A model generated the notes under the pieces. It had not been told where the DNA came from. It did no database searches and saw only the letters and a list, made by a program, of their open reading frames with translations. A stretch of DNA of 64,000 nt, taken from Eledone cirrhosa. Taxonomy: Eukaryota. Each line of letters opens with the position of its first letter. The stretch's first letter is position 1. The translations under genes were made by a program, and so were the position numbers. Shown piece after piece: positions 1 through 13,581 of the stretch. The stretch covers positions 14,322,001-14,386,000 of the forward strand of contig OZ024752.1 of assembly GCA_964016885.1 (NCBI GenBank), read 5' to 3'.

Positions 1-344
<344 letters not shown>

Positions 345-564
345 TAAGGTAATGAATTCTTTTACAATGGAATCAGCTCGAAGGAGGAAAAATCCCCCCT
401 GAGCAGTGTATAAATTAATATGTATGTAATAAATATATTTATTATTTTAAATCGATATGGACCAACTGTAGTATAATAATTAGTATACTTCAATCTGGCT
501 AAAATTTTCTTTTGCAATATATATACAGATGTGTTGGTATCTGTGTTTCATCACATACATATTA

Positions 565-628
<64 letters not shown>

Positions 629-1886
629 ATATATATATACTTCTACGTCGTTTGTTAATGCGACTATTTGCCGTGTTCGTTAAAAGGAATTCTCGAAACT
701 GTATGGAGGTGTGTTGGGCTTTCAGTGGGTTGTCGCATATTTAATGCATGAAGTAAAAGAAAGTTTTCATACAAAATGCCTGTATGTGGAGAGAATAACC
801 AAACCATCTATTGTATAATTAGCCATTAGTGTGACTATGTAGATGTGTACTATATTGGCATTTTATATTCGTTAAAGGGAAATATGTTTATACTAATGAT
901 AAATGTTCCAGTATTAAAGTCGCAAATGAACAACATGTGAGGCCTAATGCCATATTCGATGTTTTCATGGATATTAGGATCGTCCATTAAGGAAGCTCAT
1001 TGGACTAGAAGTCAGTTTTGAGTGAGATGGCATGATGATAAATTTCCGGACACGACATTGAAAATTTCAGAAACTTTGGACCAAATCTTTAGCGTTTGCT
1101 CGAGTATTCTTTCGTACAACAGTTTCTGTATCTCGAGGAGCACCTATAAGGAAGAAAAGTCAGAGTTATTGAGTATTATGATTGGACAGGGACTAGCTAT
1201 ATTTAGAACACACATATTAAACCTTTATTGATACCATCTAAATATTTTACTTAAAACAGTTGTATATGTGGTGTGTTAAATAAATACATATACACCAGGT
1301 TCAAACACAATGGGACCAAACTACCTCTGTACCTCTGGTATTTATTGCTATCATACCATGAGTTTATTGTATTAACAGTATTCCTAGTTCTTTCTATTCT
1401 ATTCCAAAATGTGTTCCTATACAAGGGCCAGGTCCCATTTGTATCATTATTTAACATTTATGTCCGGTTGTGGAACCAACCAACCGGAAATTCATAAACT
1501 TTTTAGATTTATAATTTAATTTATAATAAATTGGAGTGAAAGCACTGGTGTGTGTGTTTTTTATTGGCAATATGACCCTGCCAAAGTATAACAATATCGG
1601 TTTCAACACACGTTTTCAGATAAAGAATCTTGCTAAACAAATTCAGAAACGAAATATATATATATATATATATATATAAACTCAGCCTATTACCCAATAT
1701 ATAATATGAAAGTATTTATATTATGTCTGACATAAATATTGAAACTGAGAAGTTCTCAAATTCTTACTCTGGGTGTCTCGTTTCCGATGATTAATGGTTG
1801 TGATCAATAGTACAAACTAACACAGTATATATAATAAAATATCTAGTACATTTTAGTATAAGATTGGGTATTGGCAGGAAAAAAAT

Positions 1887-2235
<349 letters not shown>

Positions 2236-3549
2236 CCCAATCTCTCACTATTAATGCGAGCCAACGCTCTGGTCGCCCCGTGGCCACACCAGACAAAAAA
2301 GAGGAGGCGTTTCACAGAAGGATAGTGAAGGAGACGGACTTGAAGAGTCATTGCAGCTTGTGATAATGTTATGGCATAATCCCGTACTTTCTTCTATTTA
2401 ATTACCTATAAATTTTGGGTAAAATCATTTAACATAAAATGTTCAACAGATATTTACTCGTGGTTCATTCTTCTACAGGTAACAACCTAACAAGTTTCAT
2501 CGGATGTTACGCTACTAAACGGCATTATTATGCAATTATCTCACTTCCGCACCTACTTGGAAACGTCTGAATCGTTTTAATAACCTGCTCAACGGTAACG
2601 GTTGATAGTAAACATTTAGAAAATAGATTTTATTAACTAAATACTATTTTCAGAATTGTCATTTTTATCACGTTTTCATCACTAACCTTGTAACTAAAAA
2701 AGTCCAGACGTTTATCGTAGAATATTTAACATTTGTGATAGAAAAGAAAAAGAATCTGGCAATCATATAGTACCAGCACTTCGGTATTTGAGTTATATGT
2801 AATGAGTCTTTATTAAGTGTTCCAATGGACATTCAATTGGCGATAGTGCATCGTAACATTATTCCAAAACATTGAACGTCAGATTTGTACATTTATCGCC
2901 TTGTAAAATCTATCGTTTCTAGCTTTTAATCCTTTACGAACCAACTTATAAGATAATGTATTCAGTGATTATGTAATGTTGTATGTTCTTAAGCATAGCT
3001 TCCATTTTGTCATCATCAATCCTGTTTACAGTACTGGAAAATTAACTCGTTATCACGTGTAATTTCTAATTTTATAAAATCAAGTTCTTAGAATAATTCG
3101 TTTGGAGCAGCCTACAACTACGCTGAATCTATCATTATCTTCATGGTTGATGTATTACAAATTATCGTATAAGCCCGAACATCATCGCTGCAAGATAATT
3201 CAATCTGTATGAAAACGCTGACAAACATTCTGTTAGATATGGTTATCTGTTGAAAATATTTGTGAAAGAGAACGTGTGTACGAAAGCTTAACATACAGTC
3301 AAATCTAAGTTCTATATTTCCTTTGATTCAAGAAATTCCTGACAAAAACATAAAATAGTATAAGTTAAATGAAGAGGAAAGGAAATACCCATCCTCTTCA
3401 TTAACTTTAAGACACCATTAGATTTGTATCTAGAAGGTTCCCATCCGAGACAGAAGTCCAAGCAGGGTTGTTTGTGCAAGACCAACAGTCACGTATGCAT
3501 ACCAGTCTGCCCTTACCACATCACTGGCGTTGTTCAAGGGAAAGGCAAA

Positions 3550-3705
3550 AATCAATAAATCTTTGCCCCAGTGATATCGCAACTCATTTCTACAGCTGAT
3601 GACTTGAGCTACGTGAAAAAAAGTGTCTTCCTCACGAATACATCCCACAGGTCGGGTCGGGAATCGAACTCACAACCTCACAATTGTAAACATAGAGGAA
3701 ACTGC
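3550..3705 (-). mobile_element. tRNA-derived SINE (second family), degenerate
   Basis: Minus strand reads caattgtgaggttgtgagttcgattcccg (Pol III B-box GTTCGATTC) ...aagacacttt; homologous to the plus-strand copy at 34525-34630. Confidence 0.6.
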
Positions 3706-4675
3706 GTGTTAAATTAACATCATATAAACCACCAGAAACCTCGTTATAGATATCGTGTAGCCTATCGAAAAATGGCTTTATATTTAAATCTATTAACAAT
3801 AGTTTCTGATTTAGGCTCACCGTCAATGATTTGTCAGTTGGGGAAGTCGATTATTGAAAGAGCTGGAATAGATACCATAAATCATTTTGTTCTGTTTGAC
3901 ATCGATTCTGACAATCCTTCACCTTTCTATACTTTTACTCACACACTATACTGTTTCACGAACATAAATTCAAATTTATAATTTTGACATTCAAAATGTT
4001 TGAAATATAAAATGATAAGAATAATACTGTATGTCACTTGCTTATTGGAACTTTCAACGTTACGTTTTCCTAATTGAAGTTAATCTCAGATGATAGATTA
4101 TATTTGAGTTGTTCTTAATTTCATGTCAGTGAACCTAAAAGGAGATAGGATACCCAATTTACATAGTTGCTGTCAGAGTAATCTAAGTAAAACTGTAAAT
4201 ATATGTTTGTATTGCTTTATAATCTTTCAGTTAAAATATGTGTAGATATATTTCCAGCTGTAGATAATTTTATGACGGGAATCTGTCAATTGCTTCATTA
4301 AGATATGCTTGTATTGAATGAAATACACCATAAATCATAGATAAATGTAAATTAGATCTTCATGTTTATATACGTTATCATTTGAAGGCAATCTTTCAGA
4401 GTTCACGTTTATACCAAAGTTCAAATATGACTTGTATGCGTTATGGAGGAATCAATATGGATTTAGTTAATCCAACATCTCAAAAGATTCCCTCCGTTTT
4501 CTATAAGCCAGCTTAACAAATATATGTGTTTAATTCACTGGCGAAAACATTTTAATCATAAGGTTTAGGAAAATTATCCTTAAAGCGTTGTATAGCCAAT
4601 ATTCTTGTGTTTTGATCTAAGAATGCGAGGAGTATCAGAATAGAAACAGGATTCGACTCGCGGTATATATATAAT

Positions 4676-4719
<44 letters not shown>

Positions 4720-4725
<6 letters not shown>

Positions 4726-5880
4726 GGTAAACAGAAATAACAATGCAATCGGTACAATATATATTAGGTTAACGCTTGATATAGCAGGAAGAGGCTCTTA
4801 ACGTTTCGGACGGCTGTCCTTCATCAGTAGAAAGAATGAGAAATAAGATAGATTGAGAGGACGAAATTTGAAAAAATGTATTTAGATAAAAATAACAGGT
4901 CCATTCATGTTTACATCTCTTGCAAAACTGTTGGTGCTGGCGTTTTGTGTATGATTTATTTTTTCAGAAAAGTGGATGATTGATGGTGTCTACCTTAAAT
5001 GGAAAAATAAACGTTTTGTAAAAAGAGCTATATTTGTGCACGTGCTTAAGCATATGATTGTGTGTGTGTGTTATTCTACGTCCGTACTAAGCTAAGAAGA
5101 AATGTGTGTGTATATGTGAGTAAAGAGTGTGTGTGCATGTAAGTACGAAGCTATAAGCAAAAGTATGTTAATATAAGGGTGTGTATGTGTGTATACAGAG
5201 CAGTGAAGGGAAAAGCGGAGTGAGCATATATAGTCAGCATGTATTAGATGTAAGAGAAGATGTTAATGATCAAGAGAAAACGATAAGAATCTAGGGGTGA
5301 GATAATGGACGGGGTGAAATTGGTGTGGTGAGTTGAGTCGAAGAGGGAAATAGGACCGAAGGCGGTGAATCAGACTTTGTTCAGTCCTGCTGTGCGAGGT
5401 CTGTGATGTAAAAGGACACCCAGGACTGAAACATGTAGGTAAGTATGACCAGGAGAACAGAAATGACGAACGATAGGAGTATCCAAACTGAGTCGTATGT
5501 CCCTCAAATGTGCGGCAAAACGTTCCCTCAAACGGCGTCACGTTTGTCCGATATATAAAGACCCGCAAAGGGAACACCGGAGGGCATAGACAAAGTGGGT
5601 GGATGCGCAGGTAAAGAGTGGCAGATACGGAAAGACTCGTTAGTGCCTGTAAGACTGGTGAGGGTAGAAATGAAGGGCCAAGTGGTGCAGCGGAAACGAG
5701 AACGATGATGGGAGCCGGGTGGAGTCGTGGGAGAGGACAGGAAGGAACTGCGAACTAGGAGGTCGCAGAGGTTGCGGGCGCGCTTAACAGCAGTAATGGG
5801 TGGGTTTTGAAGTGACGGGGTCAGAAGAGAGGATGCGGAAGGTACGGAAGATATGTCGCCGGAGTGGTAGGGTGATGGGG
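4720..5880 (-). mobile_element. Penelope-like element 3' fragment: frameshifted GIY-YIG endonuclease, 3' UTR and hammerhead
   Basis: ORF 5528-5911(-) KRARNLCDLLVRS...RCTTWPFI matches the PLE linker/Zn region; a shifted frame gives LYIGQT..RLRERFAAHLRDI (GIY-YIG); HHR motif downstream at 4796-4831. Confidence 0.8.
4796..4831 (-). ncRNA. minimal type I hammerhead ribozyme motif
   Basis: Minus strand: tcta CTGATGA a-ggac-agcc-gtcc GAA ACGT T^ aaga; palindromic stem III ACGT; first stem I pair mismatched. Confidence 0.75.
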
Positions 5881-5904
5881 TGATATATATATATATATAT
5901 ATCA

Positions 5905-7010
5905 AATCCAAACAAAAATAACTACTCGTTATCCCCTTCGAAATAATCCTCCTCTTCTCAAATGCGTTTTCACATCTTTCTCTGCCACGACTCTATACAC
6001 TCCTGGAAGGATTCTTCCGGGATTCCCTTTTAATGTCTTCCAGGTTCGCAGAGCGGGTCAATTTAATGACCCTCTTGAACTTGGAGAAAAGGAAGAAAAA
6101 TCACATGGAGCTAGGTCGGTGAGTAGGGAGGTTACTCTAGCATGGCGATATGCTTTTCGGCCAGGAACTGCCGGATGCTCAGGGCGTTGGAAGCCGGCGC
6201 GTTATCGTGAAGAAACAGCCACGAGTTGTCCTGCCACAACTATCGCCTCGTCTCGCGCACTGAACGAATCAAACACCGAAGGGTCCCTTTGTAGATATGC
6301 TGGTTGATCAACTGATCCTGTGGCAAGAACTCTATGTGGACGGTACTCCTCCCATCTAAGAATGCGATTAACATGCGTTTTACTTCGACTCTCTTGCTTT
6401 CTCCGGCCTCGACTCATACCTTGAAGGCTCTGGTGCTTTTTCTCCGGGATGCACTCAAAGATCCATGGCTCATCACCGGTGATGACTCTCCCCAGCAAGA
6501 CTGATTCGGTTTCAAGACGTTCGAGGACGTCCTAAAACACATGCATCCTTCTGTTCTACGTTCAGCAGCTTCGGCATCGTCTTCGCTCTGATCATACACA
6601 TGCCCAAATCTTCGGTGATAATCTTCAAACCGGTTTCGGGATTTATGCCTAGCTCACTTGCGATCAGTCGAACAGACACCCGATGACCCACGTACCATCT
6701 CCTTTACGCGCTCAACGTTGGCCCCAGTCATGCTCGTTGAAGGCCCTCCGCTCCTGGGTTCCCCTTCCACGTCATTGTCTCCCTCTTTCAATCTGTTTTG
6801 CCACTCTAAAACCGATGAACGCCAAACACTTACTGCAGTATTCCGTGTATTTCTAATGGAGTTTTCGTCCAACGGATCAGAAACTTCAGGTTGGTTCGTT
6901 GATTTGTACCCATCCCTCCACAGCCTAATTAAGGTGCTGTTAACAAAAGAACGTGGAAAAATCATACCATGGTATTAGACAGCTGCAATCAAAGTTATAT
7001 ACACGCCGGT
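5905..7010 (-). pseudogene. Tc1/mariner transposase pseudogene (frameshifted, with stops)
   Basis: ORF 6654-6965(-) VLEWQNRLKEGDNDVEGEPRSGGPSTS (HTH region, mariner-type PRSGRP motif); ORF 6202-6498(-) RVITGDEPWIF (first catalytic Asp, TGDEKW motif). Confidence 0.88.
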
Positions 7011-7257
7011 GATGTAAGCCGTTATCTAACTCAATCAGAGCTCACACTAAAGAAATAGTCATGACATAGTTAAGTACATGGTGTACCAAACTTCATGACT
7101 CACGTGTTAGTTATATTTCTTAACATGCTTATTTTATTATTATTATCTCTCTCTCTCTTTCTCTCTGACTCTCTCTCTGACTCTCTCTGACTCTCTCTGA
7201 CTCTCTCTCTTTATATCTATCTATTTATCTATCTATCTATAAATCTATCTATATATC

Positions 7258-7341
<84 letters not shown>

Positions 7342-7572
7342 CGATATATTAACAAATGGATACTATATTTATAAAACCATATTTATTTCCTTATACATAT
7401 TTCAAGGACACCAAGTTAAATTATGGTGTGCTGTGATTTAAACATATCCGACACTAATTTGCATAATAGACTAAATAAATTTAATAACCCCACAATCCGG
7501 GAGCTTCCAACAGAAATGGTCGCATTCTTTAAGGGTATGTCAATATTTATTTATAAAACTGATCCATATTAT

Positions 7573-7630
7573 ATTTTATCTGATGAAAGCACACTATAAT
7601 TTAACTTGGTGTCCTTGAAATATGTATACT
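7573..7630 (+). ncRNA. hammerhead ribozyme motif (3' stem I degenerate)
   Basis: CTGATGA at 7580, stem II aagcacac...ggtgtcctt, GAAA at 7617. Confidence 0.55.
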
Positions 7631-7905
7631 GACATAAATATGGTTTTATAAATATAGTTTCCATTTGTTAATATATCGTATTTTTACTACAATAATTTGT
7701 TGAGGGCTTTATATCAGTTATAAAAATATTTGCTTGTTGTATCCCAACAATTTAAATAGAACTTCTATATATATGCAGAGGTTATATTTAATGTTGGGAT
7801 TCAACAAGCTTAAACATTTTATAACTGATATAAAGCACTTAACAGTAGAGTGGAGTAAATATTCAATATATTAATAAATGGAAACTATATTTATAAAACA
7901 ATAAT

Positions 7906-7970
7906 TATTTTATTATATATATTTCAAGGGCAACCAAGACAAATTATGGTGCGCTTTCATCAGATAGAAA
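7906..7970 (-). ncRNA. type I hammerhead ribozyme motif
   Basis: Minus strand: ttctat CTGATGA aagcgcacca..tggttgccctt GAA ATATATAT A^ ataaaa; palindromic stem III. Confidence 0.72.
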
Positions 7971-8474
7971 TTAAATTAAGAATAAATAAAAATAAATAAA
8001 AATATTGTTAAAATTTAAAAATATTGTTAAAATTTAACTTATCATTATGAATATTATAAACAGCATAATGAACGTTATATTTACGATTTTAGTATTCATC
8101 CATGAAAAACTCTTTTCTTCGCTCGCTTCTCTTTACTATCACTATGCATAATCTTGTCTTTCTTTCCCCCCTTTTTTATCACCCTTTCTCTTTCTTCTCT
8201 CTTTCTCTTTACTTCTCTCTCCCTTTCACTATTCTTTCTCTCTCCCTTTCAATATTTTTTCTCTCTCCCTTTTATATCTCCTTTTCACTACTTTCTTCCA
8301 ACAGTTTAATTTAAATAAACCGTTGTCTTTTCAATTTTTCTGACACTCATTTGCATACTCACTCATAACTTTGTATTACCCTCAATAAAATATTATTTCC
8401 ACTATCCAGCGAACCTCAACCGTTAAGGTTGTCTTTATGCGGGTATGTCAATATTTATTTATAAAACAAATTTG

Positions 8475-8540
8475 TATTTTATCTGATGAAAGCGCACCCT
8501 AATTTGCCTTGGTTGCCCTTGAATAAATATATAATAAACT
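8475..8540 (+). ncRNA. hammerhead motif, degenerate (GAAA changed to GAAT)
   Basis: Inverted copy of 7906-7970; CTGATGA at 8483. Confidence 0.5.
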
Positions 8541-8886
8541 AATTATTGTTTTATAAATATAGTTTCCATTTATTAATATATTGTATATATATATATATAT
8601 ATATAGGGTGTCCCCCCAAAAATGTAAACGCATTTCAACAGCATTCTAATAAATATTGCCTGTAGAGATAATCAAAGTGTATATACATGTTTTGGGACAC
8701 CCACTCTGTCTGTCTCTATATATATATGAATGTACATATGTGTGTCTTTGTGTGTAATTATGCATATATGTATATGTATATATCCAAGAGATGTCAACAT
8801 GAACGGACCTGTTATTTTTTTTTCAAGACATTTTTTTTCAAATTACAACCCGCCCGTCCCCTCAATCTATCTAATTTCTAATTCTT

Positions 8887-8922
8887 TCTTCTGATGAAGG
8901 ACTAGCGTCCGAAAAGTTAAGA
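8887..8922 (+). ncRNA. minimal type I hammerhead ribozyme motif
   Basis: tctt CTGATGA a-ggac-tagc-gtcc GAA AAGT T^ aaga; perfect stem I tctt/aaga; lies in an inverted homolog (8790-9010) of 4720-4920. Confidence 0.72.
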
Positions 8923-9031
8923 CGCTCTTCCTGCTATATCAAGCGTTAACCTAATATATCCCTTCCATATACTATACCGATTGTGATGTTATTTCTGTTT
9001 ACATTTTACAAACATACATGCATACATAAAT

Positions 9032-9102
<71 letters not shown>

Positions 9103-9104
9103 AA

Positions 9105-9278
9105 GAAAGTGTGGTAAGAAACCAGGTAGACCATAACGCACCAGAGTACTCGATACTTAGGTTAGTAGAGGGGATAATAGGAAAAGCGTCAGGACCCCGA
9201 CGGCTGAGCTCCGGATGTTCGGATCTAGCTATCGAAACGGCCAGAGCTCAGCCGTTGGGGTCCTGAATCTTTTCCTAT
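9105..9278. repeat. dispersed short repeat ending in a hairpin (arms 9177-9214 / 9241-9278)
   Basis: aggaaaagcgtcaggaccccgacggctgagctc / gagctcagccgttggggtcctgaatcttttcct; related copies at 10605-10745(+) and 39500-39612(-). Confidence 0.7.
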
Positions 9279-9857
9279 ATATATACATATACTGCTGAAC
9301 AATATGGCAATCCCCGCTATGTTCTTATATAGAATCGATAGCCCTATCGACAATGATTAATTGCGAACAATAATATTTCAATCTGCTGGATTACTACAGA
9401 AATTGTTATTGATATTATTGACTAATTGAAAAATAATTACTTTGAATTATCCAGTCATATATCCTCCCATAGGGTTCCATAACATAGAGCATAGATGAAA
9501 TGGTTGAATTGTTATGGGACCTGTTTCCAGTTAAGTGGTATTCAATACAAGCAGCTGTAATTAAAAAAATAAAAACGAACCTGAGCTGAGATTAACAATG
9601 TATAACATATCCTCTATTTGAGTGCGCCATGGTGTCCAAATCCTGACTTGAAAGACTTCACCAGGTGATGCTATTTAATTAGACATAGACTGGGCCAAAT
9701 CTAGTCGAAACCCATCAAAATTATCCCGAATAATGAAGAGTAGGTTTAACTGGAAAGATGCCTAATACATTTGATAACGACTTTATGCTGTATCACCTTC
9801 AACATGATGTGTGACGTTGTCCATAGAGGACATTACAAACTGAATGACGTTATTTCG

Positions 9858-10030
9858 TGGCGGTGGATTGGCAGTATCGGTAGAGGGTCTGACTCCATGC
9901 TTTATAGCAAAGAGTTATGTCCCTTTATGGTCTGAGTTCAAATCCCGTCGAGGTTAACTTTGCCTTCCATACCTACGGGGTCGATAAAACACAGTACCAG
10001 TAATGCATTGGGATAATTGCTGACCTTGTG
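9858..10030 (+). mobile_element. tRNA-derived SINE (main family)
   Basis: ggcggtggattggcagtatcggtag (A-box)...gagttcaaatccc (B-box)...gccttccatacctacggggtcgataaaa. Confidence 0.85.
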
Positions 10031-10115
10031 CAGTTACATTTAACAAATATGTGTATATTGTTTCAAAAGAAACGTAATCACTAAGTCGTGTGTTCGCACA
10101 ATCACAAACAGGAAT

Positions 10116-10330
10116 CATAGAAGCATTTTTATAGACATATCATAGAAGCATTTTTATAGACATATCATAGAAGCATTTTTATAGACATATCATGGAAGCA
10201 TTTTTATAGATATATCATAGAAGCATTTTTATAGATATATCAGAGATGCATTTTTATAGATATATCATAGAAGCATTTTTATAGATATATCATAGAAGCA
10301 ATTTTATAGATATATCATAGAAGCATTTTT
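10116..10330. repeat. 25-bp minisatellite, ~8.5 copies
   Basis: Unit catagaagcatttttatagaYatat starting at 10116, 10141, 10166, 10191, 10216... Confidence 0.95.
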
Positions 10331-10409
10331 AATGAAATATCAGAAGTAGCTCTGTAAAACGGGTAGTAATAAAATGTGGCTAGAATTGAACTCCACCTAG
10401 AATTAATTC

Positions 10410-10510
10410 AGTGGATTGGCACTATTGGTAGTGCGTCCGAAAATATGCTTTGCTGCAGAGAGTTACGGCCCTTTACGTTTTGATTTTAATTCCCGCCGAG
10501 GTTAGCTTTG
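10410..10510 (+). mobile_element. SINE 5' fragment
   Basis: gtggattggcactattggtag...cccgccgaggttagctttg. Confidence 0.65.
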
Positions 10511-10769
10511 AGGGGACTTTTCTACATCAACGTCTCTCGTCACACTACACAAGTAGTAAGTTCTTTTGTTACTGTGATTACTCCGAATAAACATATATAT
10601 ATATATAACAAAGAATTGTAAGATACTAGGTGGACCATAACACACCAGAGTTCTCTATACTCTATACTAAGAGTGGTTGAGTGGGTAATAGAAAAAGAGT
10701 CGGGACACCGATGTCTGAGCTCCGGCCGTCGGGGTCATGACTCTTTACATATATATATATATATATATA

Positions 10770-12321
10770 AACCTATATCGGGCAATGTCATCCGAAATGG
10801 CTCTGTGAACGAGCAATCTTAGCACCTAAAAATGTTGCTGTGAAAGAAATCAACAGAAGGCTGCTGAAGATGTTACAGGGAGAGAAAATATGCTACAAAT
10901 CAGTTGACACAATCACTTCTCAAAATCAGGTTGTAAACTATCCAACTGAATTTTTGAACAGTCTTGAACAAGCAAGAATACTGAAGCACACAACCCGATA
11001 CTGAAGCTTGGAGCAACGGTTATGCTACTACGCAATCTGGATCCTCCAAAACTTTGTAATGGCACAAGACTCATCATCAAAAATATGATGTCCAATGTTC
11101 TAGAAGTTGCAATCATGTCAGGAAAATTTGCTGGGGACAATTGTTTCATTCCCAGAATGCCTCTGAAGCCAACTGATTTGCCATTTGAATTTCAAAGACT
11201 TCAATTTCCGATCAGGGTCAGCTTTGCCATGACCATTAATACATCTCAAGGGCTATCATTGAAAGTCGTTGGGGTTGAATCTGGCAGATCTTGTCTTTTC
11301 ACATGGTCAACTCAATGTTGGCACAACAAGGGTTGGGAACCCTGATTATCTGTTCGTTGTGGCACCACAGGGCAAAACCAAGAATGCTGTTTATCCAGAG
11401 ATGTTGGAATGAGCAATGTCGTAATTCATCATTCAATGACAATACACACAGATCCTAATTCCTTAGTCATGTAATTTGCAAGGAATTCTGAAGCCGCAAA
11501 TTTACTGCATGGTGTTACTTTGGAAGAATATGTAGACATTCCCGGGTACCTCTGCTATATAAAGTAGTATAAGTGAGGACTTTGTTGGATAGAAAAACCA
11601 ACCAAATTTCCTTCAAATCCCACCTTACTTTCTCAGGTATGTATATATGTATGAAGCAAAAAGGAATGGTTCTATGTGATAACTCGATCTACTAGAAATA
11701 TTAGCAACATCCATTTGAAATAACAAACAACTGTCTCACACACATACATGTGTGTGTATGTATCTATGTATATCATGTGAGCCACTATAACTGTTGGTAT
11801 AGCTAATAGAAATAGAAAACAAATCTCCCTGAAACAAGATCCTACTGCTATAGAGGCAAATATTGGTGAAAGCTACAGTTTACAAATTTAAATACACTTT
11901 CCCCGAATTACAGAAATGAGTAAGTGAATGCTTCATTCAATCATAAACTAATGCTAAATTTATTTTCTTTACATATTTTTTGAATTTCAGAGGTTCAGAT
12001 TGAGCAAAACAAAACAAAAACAAAAGGATAAATAAAAAAAATTTAAACATATTTTTTTGGTCATACCCTTTTCACTGACAACATACCTAATGATTTATCT
12101 ATGAGTAAAGCATTATATATGCTGACTGTAATAGGGAGCAGTATTAAAAAATCACCACTGGAAAAAAATAATAATTCTCTCTAAATGATTTACTTTGACG
12201 AAACAGCAATAAATATTCTGCTATAATTCCTACTTTGGTTAAAATTCAGCAATCATATTTCAATGGTCAAATATATTGTAACTTTCACAAAATACCCGGG
12301 TATCACCGGGTAGCTCAGCTA

Positions 12322-12322
<1 letters not shown>
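10770..12322 (+). mobile_element. Helitron remnant: PIF1-type helicase C-terminus plus canonical 3' end
   Basis: RAILAPKN, MLLRNLDPPKLCNGTRL, QFPIRVSFAMTINTSQG (Helitron RepHel motifs) in 10780-11410; hairpin tacccgg-gtatca-ccgggta followed by CTAG at 12319-12322, then T. Confidence 0.88.
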
Positions 12323-12371
<49 letters not shown>

Positions 12372-13461
12372 ATGTCCCTGGCCTTTTCACGCGGATTTTT
12401 AGGTAACAGATGCATGTTTATAGTAGTTATAGCGAGATTTATGAACCTTTATAATTTGTAAACGTATTTCATATGCTTTCATTTGGACCTATATTATTAA
12501 TCACGCTATGTTGGTGATAATGTTCCTCATTTGAAACCAAATTAAATTTACACCACTGAAAGCCATCAATGTGTTTTCGAGTGAAATCTTAATCAATTAA
12601 TATATCCATAAAGGCGCCTAAGGTCCATACACGAATGTTATTGACAACGACGGGTGCCATGATTGAAATGATGATAATAATCATCATCATCACGCTAATA
12701 ATCATGACAAAGATATTTTGAAATATTGTATATAGGCTGTTAGATATATAATTATTTATATAGTAACGCAGACACACGCTGAAAACAACTCCACATATCT
12801 CTAAATGTGTTAGTGTGTTGTTGAATCTTCAATATTTAACTCTAAAAATAAAACCAGAAATAAGCAGAAAACATCAACTGTTATATAGATAGACTGCACG
12901 GGGAATTACTTGAATGAAAGCAATATTTGACGTATTGTCTATAACAATGTGTAAGATGGGTAGTTTTATAATTTATTATCGCAATATATTCCAGCCATTA
13001 ACTTTAAAACCACAGTTATAGATTGCTTTCTAAATTTTCTCTGGAGATGAATTAATAGATTTTGTGATAATAGTACTAGAGAATTAGTGGAGAGTTCTGA
13101 TTTGAAATATAATGCCGCAAATAGTAGCGTTTCCATTGGTTTCGGGATCCAGCTATGGTCACCTCTATATAGTGGAGTAGGCTCTTCCAAACTGATCCTC
13201 ATCTGGCACTTGAACAAAAATACGCTTTCGTGTTTTTGTTCGAGTTCTAGATGACGGGTCAGCTCGGAAGAACATCCACCTCTATACAACGGTGGCCATA
13301 ACTGGACCCCGAATTTAATGGTCACACACACATGTTAAGTGTATTAAACTTTATTTATACTAGATACGCTCTCTTGCAGAAGATTGAGTATTGTATTCAT
13401 TGACTTTCTTTCCACGGATATCATACATTATATATATATATATATCATATATATATCATAC

Positions 13462-13503
<42 letters not shown>

Positions 13504-13545
13504 CACAGATGTGAGAAAAACCACAGACCCTCCATCTCAACTTTA

Positions 13546-13581
13546 CTTTTGAAAAGCAGAAGAACTGCGAAACCGGTAAAG
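13546..13581 (+). ncRNA. minimal hammerhead with U3:A8 core variant
   Basis: ctt TTGAAAA gcag-aagaa-ctgc GAA ACCGGT A^ aag; stems I and II perfect, stem III palindromic. Confidence 0.6.

Larger units (their letters stand above)
7340..8582. repeat. cluster of three inverted repeats; two carry one hammerhead family
   Basis: 7340-7432 vs 7590-7680; 7700-7760 vs 7790-7840; 7865-7970 vs 8475-8582 are reverse complements. Confidence 0.85.

Noticed and set aside
1590-1625. Minus-strand ctgaaaa..gaaaccgata HHR-like motif
   Set aside because: C3/A8 mismatch, poor stem II, non-palindromic stem III and no convincing stem I
11022-11345. Host PIF1 helicase gene
   Set aside because: Intronless, frameshifted and followed by a Helitron terminus
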